NCBI GenBank assembly: GCA_964637115.1
Contig: CAZWVL010000009.1
Span: 1-51,309, forward strand
DNA: 51,309 bases
DNA from: an uncultured Methanosarcinales archaeon
Lineage (GTDB): Archaea; Nanobdellota; Nanobdellia; Woesearchaeales; ARS49
Reading direction: 5' to 3'
The notes under the pieces were generated by a model. The model ran no database searches and had not been told where the DNA came from. It worked only from the letters and a program-made list of their open reading frames with translations. Position numbers and translations under genes: made by a program. Position 1 is the first letter of the stretch. The number at the start of each line of letters is the position of its first letter. Shown piece after piece: positions 34,098-43,087 of the stretch.

Positions 34098-34756
34098 TTT
34101 AATGCCTCCTCCACTTTCTTGACGTGGGCATCGTACTTGTCAACAGCATCCTCGTTCAGGTAGTTTTTTTCACTGAACTTGTCTGCTGCCCATCTTTTGA
34201 CGAGGTATTGCCACTTGTCATTGTTTGGAACTTTTCTGATTGCTGCGTGCTTTTCCATTATTTCATTCAAGCGTTTCAATTGTGCTGGGTCATAATCAAC
34301 ATGGAATTTGTAGCCGAAGCCGTCTTCTTTGGTTTCTACAGGCTTCAAACCTTTTGTCCAGCTGCGTTCTCTGCCGTCTACCGTCTTTCCATTCATGTAG
34401 TTTAACAATTCTTGCGGCGAAACGCCGTCTTTTCCGTCTGTGTTAAGGTATTCTCTGATAAAGTACAGTTTTGCACTTTCAGTCATTGGTTTGCCATCTT
34501 CTTTTTCAAGTGCTTCAAGTACTGAAAGGCCCAAACCGTATGTTTCTTGTGCTTTGTCGTATCGTAATACTTCTCCAGTCTTTTCATCTTTTACCGGAGT
34601 ACCAAATTTGACGTAAAATTCCTGTTTGTCTGGAAGGCGTTGTTCAAGAGTTGGTTTCGTGCTGTTCATAGTTATAACGCCAATGCCAATTGCAGCTGTA
34701 GCAAATAACGCAACTCCCCACGTCCATGGGCTCGTAATTATTTGTTTAATTTTCAT
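34094..34756 (-). CDS. Signal-anchored surface protein with EF-hand-like loop
   Basis: GGGGAG SD, N-terminal TM, NTDGKDGVSPQE loop. Confidence 0.7.
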   Translation of the reverse strand: MKIKQIITSPWTWGVALFATAAIGIGVITMNSTKPTLEQRLPDKQEFYVKFGTPVKDEKTGEVLRYDKAQETYGLGLSVLEALEKEDGKPMTESAKLYFIREYLNTDGKDGVSPQELLNYMNGKTVDGRERSWTKGLKPVETKEDGFGYKFHVDYDPAQLKRLNEIMEKHAAIRKVPNNDKWQYLVKRWAADKFSEKNYLNEDAVDKYDAHVKKVEEALK

Positions 34757-34757
34757 T

Positions 34758-35765
34758 TTACTCCCCCATCTCTTTGATTGCGGCTTCAATATCTTGTTTA
34801 ACAAGTTTATCTCTAGCACCGTAATCAGATGTAGCGTTCTTTGAATATAATGCTTTCAGTGTTTCTTCGAGTTCTGGTGCATAAAAGTGTACTCTGGTTC
34901 CTATTTTGCCGCTCTTTTTTGCGTGTGTTTGTGCTTTTGAAATGTAATCAACAAGTGCGTCTTTTCCGCCCTCTGGGATTGCGAAGTATATGTCTTCTGC
35001 TCTTCCCAATGTTTCTTTGTCGATCTTCAATCTCTGGCTGCCATCTGTAAGTGTTTCGATTGTGTATGCGCTTTTGTCTTCTTTGTGTTCAACAACAGGT
35101 TTTACAGTTTCATCAACTGAACGCACAACCGGTGTTGGTGTAGCTGTCTGCTCGGAATTTCGTGAGCCGTAAAATATTCCTGTGGTTAATGCAAAAATGG
35201 CTGCTGCAACTGTGCTGACGTATGCCCAGGTTCTGTTGCGTGAGCCTTCTTCTCTGACAGCGTCTCTTTCGCCGGTTAATCTGCCTACGTCTCCGGTTAA
35301 TCCAAGTTGTGCTGTTTGTGCAACGTCTCTTTCTCCGCGTAAAAGACCGTTTTGAGTATTATAAACACCATTTTCTCCTGTTAATCTGCCAACATTTCCT
35401 CTTAAATTACCATTTTCTCCAATAACTCGTGCATTTTCTCCAATTAATCGTATGTTTTCTCTGCTGTAAACAGTATTCTCTCCTTGTGCAGTTCCCAATT
35501 CACCTGTTAATATTGTAACTCTGCCTTGAAGTCTGTTGGCATTTCTTTCAGCTGTTCTTCGTGCTTTTTCAGCATCATTTCTGCCTTCAACAAGGTCCAT
35601 TAATGCTGGTGCTGCAAGTCTTGCGCGTCTTTGTGCTTCTTCTGCATCTGAAAGTATTCTTTCATCTGCTCTTGGAGTTCCTTTTTCCAAATTCTTTTTT
35701 GTTCTGTCGCCTAATCCAAGTCCTTGAAGAATGTAATCTCTGACTGTTTTGTCGTTTCGTGCCAT
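34758..35765 (-). CDS. Heptad-repeat coiled-coil membrane protein
   Basis: 13 xxGENxx-type heptads followed by TM WAYVSTVAAAIFALTTGIFY. Confidence 0.75.
   Translation of the reverse strand: MARNDKTVRDYILQGLGLGDRTKKNLEKGTPRADERILSDAEEAQRRARLAAPALMDLVEGRNDAEKARRTAERNANRLQGRVTILTGELGTAQGENTVYSRENIRLIGENARVIGENGNLRGNVGRLTGENGVYNTQNGLLRGERDVAQTAQLGLTGDVGRLTGERDAVREEGSRNRTWAYVSTVAAAIFALTTGIFYGSRNSEQTATPTPVVRSVDETVKPVVEHKEDKSAYTIETLTDGSQRLKIDKETLGRAEDIYFAIPEGGKDALVDYISKAQTHAKKSGKIGTRVHFYAPELEETLKALYSKNATSDYGARDKLVKQDIEAAIKEMGE
35238..35510 (-). repeat. Intragenic 21-nt / 7-aa tandem repeats
   Basis: LTGELGT AQGENTV YSRENIR LIGENAR VIGENGN LRGNVGR LTGENGV ... LTGDVGR LTGERDA VREEGSR = 273 nt. Confidence 0.85.
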
Positions 35766-35766
35766 T

Positions 35767-36273
35767 TTATCTTCCTCGTAAAAATCTCATTGTAGCTCTG
35801 TTAGGCATCGGGCCTGTTGACATTGCGTAGTCTCTTGCGACTTCTTTGCGTTCGTCATTTATTTTTGCAGTTTTGTCGATTTTCTTTAATCGTGCTTCAA
35901 GACCGCCGATTTTCTTTTCCTGTTTCTCTATTTTCTTGTCTTGTTTTTCAACTGTTTTTTCGTATTTGGCAATGAGCTTGAGAAGTCTTTCAAATCTGTC
36001 ATATGTCTTGTCGCCGAGTGCGCGGACGTTTTTGATAACCTGATCTTTGATGTATTCTTTGTGGTCGCTGATGTACTGGCCAACCGTTCCTCTTTGTACT
36101 GCGCGTTCTATTGTTTGTTTGTTCAAATTCAGTTCATTTACTGATTTAATGAGAATGTTAACTATTGGCTTGTATATGCCGATTCTTCCGTATGCCGGGT
36201 CTCTTGCAAGTGCTCTTTCTTCTGATCTATAGCCCCTTGCTAATGCCCTGATTCGTTGATCGTAGGTTGCCAT
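35767..36273 (-). CDS. Basic coiled-coil hypothetical protein
   Basis: YEKTVEKQDKKIEKQEKKIGGLEARL heptads; stop lies 1 nt upstream of the next start. Confidence 0.7.
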   Translation of the reverse strand: MATYDQRIRALARGYRSEERALARDPAYGRIGIYKPIVNILIKSVNELNLNKQTIERAVQRGTVGQYISDHKEYIKDQVIKNVRALGDKTYDRFERLLKLIAKYEKTVEKQDKKIEKQEKKIGGLEARLKKIDKTAKINDERKEVARDYAMSTGPMPNRATMRFLRGR

Positions 36274-36336
36274 TTTATAGTCCTTTTGTCGTCTGAGATT
36301 TATAAATCTTTCTATATTTTCACTACTTCTGAGTAG

Positions 36337-37062
36337 CTACCTTCTATAGTGGTTGAATTCGGCTTTTGCACGCTGGTAGGGCACATTAGCTCTCAAATCT
36401 CTTTGGTAGTGTGCTTCTGCTGCAGTCCAGAGATTGTGAACTCTTTCCTGTCTTGTGCTGATTTTTCCTCTGCACATTGCAAGGTATCTGTCCTGGTCTG
36501 CTTCGAGCTTGTTGTATTCTGCTTCTGCTGCTTCCTGCAGGTCAAACTCTTTTCCAGGTTTGAGCGGTGCAGCAACGTCAAACTTTATTGCAAATGTTTC
36601 CGGCTTTGTTTTGTACCCGTTCTCTGCGTCGTCCATTTCTTTTGCCGTAATTGTGCCTATGCTCTCAGGACGTCCTTTTTTATCGTCGATAAGCTTGGCC
36701 ACCTGCCATGCTTCTGCCGGTGTCAGATAGTCTCTTCCTTCCAGCTCCTTTTCGTGGTCTATTGTGTAGTTTGTAACAAAATCGTTAAAACGCTTGAATT
36801 CTTTTTCAGATTCGAAAGCTACAGTGTAGCCTTCTCTCTGGTTGTCAGAAGTTTTGAACGTGTATGTAGGTTTGCCTTCAGCATTTTCGCCCGGCTTGTA
36901 GGATTCTTCAACAGTCGTTTCCAATGCCCTATCAAATACCGGCTTGCCGCCTCTAAGAGTGTGTACGGCATAACCTGCGCCTGCAAGTCCAGCTAATGTT
37001 GCTGCAATAACTGCTGTTTTTCCTTTCCAGCCTAATGCTTTGAAATCAGTCCATAAGCTCAT
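36337..37062 (-). CDS. Signal-anchored surface protein with degenerate EF-hand-like pair
   Basis: GAGGT SD, TM AVIAATLAGLAGAGYAV, EGRDYLTPAEA...DDKKG...GTITAKEMD. Confidence 0.7.
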   Translation of the reverse strand: MSLWTDFKALGWKGKTAVIAATLAGLAGAGYAVHTLRGGKPVFDRALETTVEESYKPGENAEGKPTYTFKTSDNQREGYTVAFESEKEFKRFNDFVTNYTIDHEKELEGRDYLTPAEAWQVAKLIDDKKGRPESIGTITAKEMDDAENGYKTKPETFAIKFDVAAPLKPGKEFDLQEAAEAEYNKLEADQDRYLAMCRGKISTRQERVHNLWTAAEAHYQRDLRANVPYQRAKAEFNHYRR

Positions 37063-37234
37063 TTTTGTAACCTCATTTAGGACATATAACTAAGTCTGTA
37101 TATATAAACTTTTCGCTTTTTCACCACTACAGGGTAGTTACTTTTAAAGGGGGTGTTTCTGGGCTGTTTTTCTCTGCTAGGACAATATTTATATAGCCGG
37201 AAAAGGTCCTGTCTGCAAGAAAAGGGATGAACGA

Positions 37235-39439
37235 ATGGCAGCCGTTAGTATACTAAGACTTTACACTCAAAATACAGAAATCGGAGACTTTCTTCTTATT
37301 TGTGCCCTTCTCACGATACTGATAAAGTGGATTTTTGTCAGGCTTAAATATGCAGCCAAGGCAAAGAAGGGGCTGTTCAAAGGTTTCTTGGCTGGCGCTT
37401 TAAGTGAAGAAGATAAAAGAACCATGTTTTCGTTGGAAGGTCTACTCTCCATCATTTTAGCCATGATGATGACCTTAGGCGGAATGGTCTATTGGGGCTG
37501 GTCGCTGAAGAGGTTGTTTACTGGTGACACCCTGCCCATAGTTTTGGCGCTTGTTCTAGGCGCACTTGCTTATGGTACTGCCGGTGCAAGAACAAGAAAT
37601 GGCGTTATCAAGATTGGAGCTGCAATCTTTGTTGGCGGCATTACGTTTGGCCTCGCAGCGCATTCTTCCCGTACTGGTGCTGGCTGGTCAGACGTGTTGT
37701 TGTGGGGTTTCCTGTTTATCCTAGTTATTCACAATCTTACTAACCAATACAAGACTGCAAGAGGAGGCGGAAGAGCGCCGGTTACTGGTGGAGGGGCAGC
37801 TAGACTTGCGTCAAGCGATATCGGCGAAGTTAAGAAAAATCTGGAAACTAACAAGGGCGAGCTTGCAAAGGTGAAGAAGACAGGAGAGGAAACTGTGAAA
37901 AAGCTGGACGGCTTTATGCAGCGGCTCCTCAATAACATCGCCTCCCTGACCGAGTCCCTAAAGGTGATGACGGCCAGACAGGCTTTAGGGACCATGATTA
38001 TTGCAGCTATGGGCATTGCTTCGATGTTGTTTTCGCAAGGCGCTTCAGCAAATGAAGTGCGTGCTGAGCTCAGAAAACGCAATCATCCTGCGGATGTGAT
38101 TGAAGCAGCTATCGAAACATTGTCTCCCCAGGTGCCGCCAGAGATATTGACGCCAAAGCCCGGAGCGCCTGCACCAGCACCTACAAGAGTTGTTGTTCCG
38201 CCTCCTGAAGAAATTAAGCTGCCGCCTGACGTTTCGGAAAAAATCAAGAAAACAGTGAACGTTAATATAGCTCAGCTTGAAGATACGCAGGCCGAGCTTC
38301 AAGAGCAGATTTCAAAGTATGAAGAAATCGCCAATGCACTAAATAAGGTTCCTTCATCGATGAGGGATTGTTCTGCACTTGGCATGAAGGTTGAAGCTGA
38401 TCTTGATCAATTTACAAGAGCGGCCGCACAGCTTGCTCAAGAAAGTAAAGACATGCGGGAAGTCGCAGCCAAAACCGAGCAGTTGCATCATGACGCGTCT
38501 CACGCTCTCAACACTGCCAACTGGGAGAACCAGCAGTTCAAGACGGCAACAGACCCGTTTTTCTCAATATTATCATCTGATGCCGGCCAATTGCAGAGGA
38601 TTGCACAGGAATTAAAGAAAAAACTGGAAGAAGTGAGCAAACAGCTTGACATAATTGAGAAAAATTCCAGAAGAATACAAAAAGCAGGCGTTTCAGTTGC
38701 AGATGTTCAACTGTATACTGTTTCGTATCAAAAGCTTGAACAGCTGCTTTCTGACATCGAGCAGATCATCGCGCATCATGGTGATCCCGTGAAAACAGTT
38801 CTGGTCTCATTGCCGGGAACATCCGATGCAATTGAGAAATCACGGAAAGTCTTTGATCAGCTTGAGAAGGATATTCCTCAACTGGAAGCGCGCTACTCTG
38901 AATTATTCAATGAAGTTGGAAAAATAGAATCGACAAAAGCTGAAGAAGCAAAAAAATTCCAGCAGGAATTATTGGATGCCAATAAGATTAAGGATGACGT
39001 GCGCATTCTGGATTCGTTGGTTACTGGCATTGCTTTCCGTGATATTATGGGTGGTGCTAAAACACAGTATTTTATCAAAATTGATAGGAGTGATGTTGAT
39101 GAAATACAGAAGAACTCTCAGCAGGCTTTGCAGATTTTGGGCGACCTTGATTCTGAAAGGCAGAAAATTATCAATCTCTTTTTGAAGAGCAAGGAAACAG
39201 ATGAATTGGCTCAATTGCTGGCAAACTTGCGTTCATTGCCGTTGTTAAGTGATTTGTCCGATTTGGCCAAGGCTTGCAATAGTGCCCGTGGCAAGAGACT
39301 TGAAGATGGTGGCAGGATTCTTGGAAAGGTTATTATGCAGATGCATCAGCATGGTTATCTTGAAAAATTGTCAGACTTGACCTCGGCCATTAGAACAATT
39401 GTTGATCAGATTCCTAAAGGTGCAGTTCAGTCGGCGTAA
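37235..39439 (+). CDS. Large multi-TM protein with Pro-rich linker and long coiled-coil region
   Basis: About six N-terminal TM segments, small helical module GASANEVRAELRKR..ADVIEAAIE, PKPGAPAPAP linker, about 400 aa of heptads. Confidence 0.75.
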   Translation: MAAVSILRLYTQNTEIGDFLLICALLTILIKWIFVRLKYAAKAKKGLFKGFLAGALSEEDKRTMFSLEGLLSIILAMMMTLGGMVYWGWSLKRLFTGDTLPIVLALVLGALAYGTAGARTRNGVIKIGAAIFVGGITFGLAAHSSRTGAGWSDVLLWGFLFILVIHNLTNQYKTARGGGRAPVTGGGAARLASSDIGEVKKNLETNKGELAKVKKTGEETVKKLDGFMQRLLNNIASLTESLKVMTARQALGTMIIAAMGIASMLFSQGASANEVRAELRKRNHPADVIEAAIETLSPQVPPEILTPKPGAPAPAPTRVVVPPPEEIKLPPDVSEKIKKTVNVNIAQLEDTQAELQEQISKYEEIANALNKVPSSMRDCSALGMKVEADLDQFTRAAAQLAQESKDMREVAAKTEQLHHDASHALNTANWENQQFKTATDPFFSILSSDAGQLQRIAQELKKKLEEVSKQLDIIEKNSRRIQKAGVSVADVQLYTVSYQKLEQLLSDIEQIIAHHGDPVKTVLVSLPGTSDAIEKSRKVFDQLEKDIPQLEARYSELFNEVGKIESTKAEEAKKFQQELLDANKIKDDVRILDSLVTGIAFRDIMGGAKTQYFIKIDRSDVDEIQKNSQQALQILGDLDSERQKIINLFLKSKETDELAQLLANLRSLPLLSDLSDLAKACNSARGKRLEDGGRILGKVIMQMHQHGYLEKLSDLTSAIRTIVDQIPKGAVQSA

Positions 39440-39472
39440 CCTTTTTAACTCTTTCTTGTATTTCTGTTGATA

Positions 39473-40321
39473 ATGGGGCGTAAAAAGTCAGTTATTGCAG
39501 CGATATTTACCGGCATTGGCAAAGGTATAGCGTGGATTGTAGTCAACATTTTCAAGGCCATCTGGTTTTTGCTTGTTGGCTTGTTCAAGGGCGCTAAGGC
39601 AGCAACAAAAGCTACTGCTTCTGCTGCATCAAAAGCGCATCACGATGCTAAAGTGCGTGCTGAGCAGCCGAAAACTCCTGCTAATTATGATTCTTTGAAG
39701 GAATCAACTGCAGTTAAAGGTTCTATTGAGACTTTTGAGCATCGTTTGTTGAATGAAAGTCTTATTTTGGCAGTTGCTGGAAGGAGAGGCAGTGGCAAAT
39801 CAGTTCTCGGCTTCAGAATTATGGAAAATATTCACGCCAAAACCGGCAGGCCCTGCTTTGCTCTGGGCGTCAAGCAGTCTGTTTTGCCTTCCTGGATTTC
39901 AACAATTGAGGAAATCAACCAAGTTAGTAATCGTGGCGTCGTTCTTGTTGACGAAGGCGCCATATCCTTTAGCAGCCGTGAAAGCATGAGCAAATCTAAC
40001 AGAGGTCTTGGCGGCTTGCTGGCAATTGCAAGACACAAAGACCTTACATTAATCTTCATTACTCAAAATACTGGCATGATTGACAAGAACGTGCTCAATT
40101 TGTGTGACACTGTAGTCCTGAAAGAAGGCTCTTTATTGCAGGAAAAGATGGAGCGTTCTGTAATGAAGGATCTATATCAGACAGCAAATGCTGCTATCTC
40201 AAAAATTCCTGCTGCCGAGCGCAAACCTTATTGTTATATTTTTGACGCAGAATTTGAAGGTCTTGCCCAGGCTTCTCTGCCCAGTTTCTGGAGTGCGAAG
40301 GTAAGCAAGAATCAGGCGTGA
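39473..40321 (+). CDS. Membrane-anchored Zot-like (FtsK/HerA superfamily) P-loop ATPase
   Basis: N-terminal TM; GRRGSGKS (Walker A); VVLVDEG (Walker B); ARHK..LIFITQ..IDK pattern typical of Zot/packaging ATPases. Confidence 0.78.
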   Translation: MGRKKSVIAAIFTGIGKGIAWIVVNIFKAIWFLLVGLFKGAKAATKATASAASKAHHDAKVRAEQPKTPANYDSLKESTAVKGSIETFEHRLLNESLILAVAGRRGSGKSVLGFRIMENIHAKTGRPCFALGVKQSVLPSWISTIEEINQVSNRGVVLVDEGAISFSSRESMSKSNRGLGGLLAIARHKDLTLIFITQNTGMIDKNVLNLCDTVVLKEGSLLQEKMERSVMKDLYQTANAAISKIPAAERKPYCYIFDAEFEGLAQASLPSFWSAKVSKNQA

Positions 40322-40392
40322 CCGTCTTAGAAGTCAGAGTTTGTACTATGGTTCTACGTATTTCTTTTCATTAAAAAGAACTCAGTCAAATA

Positions 40393-40635
40393 TTATTTAA
40401 ACTTGTCATCCAACGATAATCCGAGTTTATTTGTTATTTCTTCAAGTTTTTGATTAAACTTTGACCGCTCTTCAATATTTTTTTCATAATCAGAATATAA
40501 TTTGTGGTAAGCGGCTTCCAATTTAGCACGTTGAGGAGCAAAATAAAACTGGTCGATACCCACGATCGTGCCTGCTCCAAGTGTGAATCCAAGTGCAGTA
40601 AGACATAAATCTCGAAGATATTTACACGTTTCCAT
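40393..40635 (-). CDS. Small single-TM coiled-coil protein
   Basis: TM ALGFTLGAGTIVGI followed by heptads. Confidence 0.6.
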   Translation of the reverse strand: METCKYLRDLCLTALGFTLGAGTIVGIDQFYFAPQRAKLEAAYHKLYSDYEKNIEERSKFNQKLEEITNKLGLSLDDKFK

Positions 40636-40731
40636 AAAACAAACCTATATTCTGCAGTATATAAATGTTGTGGAAAACTTCACATTTTGAGACGGTTTGA
40701 ATAGTAGTCATTTCAACTATTCTAAACAATA

Positions 40732-40739
40732 TTTATAAA
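40732..40739 (+). promoter_or_regulatory. Archaeal TATA box for kae1 (probably leaderless)
   Basis: TTTATAAA 22 nt upstream of ATG 40762, no SD; the same arrangement is seen at several other genes. Confidence 0.6.
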
Positions 40740-40761
40740 TCGGCCTTCTCGACGGTGTATT

Positions 40762-41742
40762 ATGAAATACTGCTTAGGCATCGAGTCAACCGCGCATACA
40801 TTCGGTTGCGGCATTGTAACATTTGACGGCAAGATTCTTTCCAATGAGAAAGACACCTTCACGACAACCGAAGGCGGTTTGATTCCAAGTGACTTGGCAA
40901 AACATCACGAGCTGCTGAAAGATGAAATCTTACGGCGCGCGCTGAAAGCTGCCAATCTGAAAATGGAAGACATTTCTCTCATATCTTACAGCGCTGCTCC
41001 CGGCATTCCTCCTCCAATGCACGTTGGCCAGCGATTTGCAAAAGAACTCGCTAAAAAATACAATCTTCCATTAGTCGGAGTCAATCACAGCATTTGTCAT
41101 CTGACAATTGGTGATTTAATTTGCGGCGCAAAAGACCCAGTCTATCTGTACGTCTCCGGCCCAAACACTCAAGTTATTGCTTATGCCGGCAAGCGTTACC
41201 GCATTTTCGGCGAAACATTAGACGTTGGTCTGGGCAACATGCTTGACAAATTTGCAAGAGAAATTGGTCTTGGTTTTCCTGGCGGTCCCAAGATAGAGCA
41301 ATTAGCCAAGGGCGGCAAATATGTCGAGCTGCCGTATGGTGTGAAAGGTATGGATGTTTCGTTTGCCGGCATGCTTACAAAAGCGCTTAAACTTTTCAAG
41401 GAAGGCTCGCCAAAAGAAGATATCTGTTTCAGCTTGCAGGAAACCGCTTTTGCAATGCTTGCAGAGGTTGCAGAAAGAGCAATGGCGCACACCGACAAGA
41501 AAGAATTACTGTTAATCGGCGGTGTTGCTGCCAATAAGCGTTTGGGAGAGATGCTCAATATAATGTGCAGTGAGCGTGGCGCGAAATTCTTTGCAGTTCC
41601 GTTGCAATACTCTGGCGACCAGGGTGTTATGATTGCCTGGCAGGGTGTTCAACAATTTAATGCAGGAGAGAAAGTTGATCCTGATAAGGCAGATATTCGC
41701 CCATACGAACGTGTTGACGAAGTTGAGGTTACTTGGAGATGA
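40762..41742 (+). CDS. kae1: KEOPS subunit Kae1, tRNA t6A synthesis
   Basis: LGIESTAHTFG, GVNHSICH (HxxxH), LYVSG, GETLDVGLGNMLDKFAR, GGVAAN; no Bud32 fusion. Confidence 0.96.
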   Translation: MKYCLGIESTAHTFGCGIVTFDGKILSNEKDTFTTTEGGLIPSDLAKHHELLKDEILRRALKAANLKMEDISLISYSAAPGIPPPMHVGQRFAKELAKKYNLPLVGVNHSICHLTIGDLICGAKDPVYLYVSGPNTQVIAYAGKRYRIFGETLDVGLGNMLDKFAREIGLGFPGGPKIEQLAKGGKYVELPYGVKGMDVSFAGMLTKALKLFKEGSPKEDICFSLQETAFAMLAEVAERAMAHTDKKELLLIGGVAANKRLGEMLNIMCSERGAKFFAVPLQYSGDQGVMIAWQGVQQFNAGEKVDPDKADIRPYERVDEVEVTWR

Positions 41743-42227
41743 GCCAAGCAGTATTTGAGAAAATCAAAAAGCTTCTTGATGATAATAAAATTCCATATGA
41801 ACTTCTCAAGCACGAGCCAGTCTACACTTCAGCGCAGGCTGCTGAAATGCGTGGCAAGGGCATGGAAGTTGGAATGCGTCGCGGCGCGAAAGCAATGATT
41901 TTCAAGGTTGATGACAATTTCATCCAGTGCATTGTTCCTGCTCCCAAAATTGTTGATGATAGGAAACTCAAAAAACTGCTCAACGCAAAGAAAGTCAAGC
42001 TTGCTTCTGCAGAAGAAATTTTAAAAGTTACTGATTGTGAAATCGGCAGCGTTCCTCCGTTTGGAAACTTGTTCAACATTCCAGTTTATTGCGACCCTGA
42101 ATTGTCAGATGAAATTGATTTTAATGCAGGACTGCACGATACCAGCATTACGATGAAAAGAAAAGATTGGGAAAAAATTGTCAAGCCAATAATTTCTGAT
42201 ATCGGCAAGGAGAGGGCTGTCTCTTAG
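41739..42227 (+). CDS. YbaK/ProX-family aminoacyl-tRNA editing domain protein
   Basis: HEPVYTSAQAAE, AKAMIFK, GSVPPFG, FNAGLHDTSI; ATGA overlap with kae1. Confidence 0.9.
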   Translation: MSQAVFEKIKKLLDDNKIPYELLKHEPVYTSAQAAEMRGKGMEVGMRRGAKAMIFKVDDNFIQCIVPAPKIVDDRKLKKLLNAKKVKLASAEEILKVTDCEIGSVPPFGNLFNIPVYCDPELSDEIDFNAGLHDTSITMKRKDWEKIVKPIISDIGKERAVS

Positions 42228-42248
42228 AAATTAAAGAAAAACATCTGT

Positions 42249-42494
42249 TTATCGCTTTTTCTTTTTCGCTTTTGCCTTCGCTGCTTTTGGCTTGGTTTTC
42301 GCTGTTTTTGCAAGTCCTTTTGGCCTTGGCATTGTCAGGTCGTGTGCTGCTTCAAATCTTTCTTCTTCGTCTGGTGTTAAGGGCTCATATATCAAGCCGC
42401 ATTCCCTGCAGACGACCTGCTCGCGCTGCAGATTGTGCACTATGTTGCTGCTTGCACAGTCTGGGCATTCTTTGATTTGTCTGATGTCTTCCAT
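42249..42494 (-). CDS. Stand-alone TFIIB-type zinc-ribbon protein with Lys-rich tail
   Basis: CPDCASSNIVHNLQREQVVCRECGLI; no cyclin repeats. Confidence 0.8.
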   Translation of the reverse strand: MEDIRQIKECPDCASSNIVHNLQREQVVCRECGLIYEPLTPDEEERFEAAHDLTMPRPKGLAKTAKTKPKAAKAKAKKKKR

Positions 42495-42594
42495 ACGTTT
42501 GTGTGCCGCTACAAGGGGTATTTAATCTTTATGTTTCACTTTTTGAAGACGATTAGAGATAGCCATATAAATTCTCATGTATTTTTAAAAAATT

Positions 42595-43080
42595 ATGAAA
42601 GGAGATTTATTAAGGAAAAGCGGTCTATTGCCGACACTTGAAGAATTGGCTAAGCATGATAATTATGCAGTAATAGGGCCAGTAGGTCTTTATTTGCGTA
42701 CCATTCGTTTAATGGACGATGATCCTGTTTTGTGGTCTACTCTTAACAGGGTAGAAGTTATAGGACAATCGCATCTACCAGCCTATCATATAAATTTATT
42801 ATCGTCAGAACTGGCGGGTTATGAGAAAGGATTTATTATGTCTGCTACAAAGGTAAAGTTTGAAAGACTTAAAGTAAAAATTGCTTCGCCTCCTTGCTTA
42901 GCACTTGATTATATGATTCGACGTGGTAGCCTCTCGTGTGATTTTGCTGAATTTGTCAAGCATCGTGGGAATCTTCAGCCAGAAGTATTAAGAAACATGC
43001 TGAAGGGTTTGCGAAAACAGGATTTATTTGTCGATATTCTGTGGTTATTGTATGATTTTTCCCCAAGAAAGTATTTTTGA
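42595..43080 (+). CDS. AT-rich orphan, possibly degenerate nucleotidyltransferase fold
   Basis: YAVIGPVGL and KIASPPCLALD loosely resemble AbiEii/MNT-like NTase motifs. Confidence 0.45.
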   Translation: MKGDLLRKSGLLPTLEELAKHDNYAVIGPVGLYLRTIRLMDDDPVLWSTLNRVEVIGQSHLPAYHINLLSSELAGYEKGFIMSATKVKFERLKVKIASPPCLALDYMIRRGSLSCDFAEFVKHRGNLQPEVLRNMLKGLRKQDLFVDILWLLYDFSPRKYF

Positions 43081-43087
43081 GGACGAT

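Noticed and set aside
32851-40635. Intact integrated provirus or plasmid
   Set aside because: No integrase, Rep, capsid signature, tRNA target or flanking direct repeats were found; kept only as a hypothesis in the findings.
40695-40727. Imperfect inverted repeat upstream of the kae1 promoter
   Set aside because: AT-rich, imperfect and single-copy; could arise by chance.
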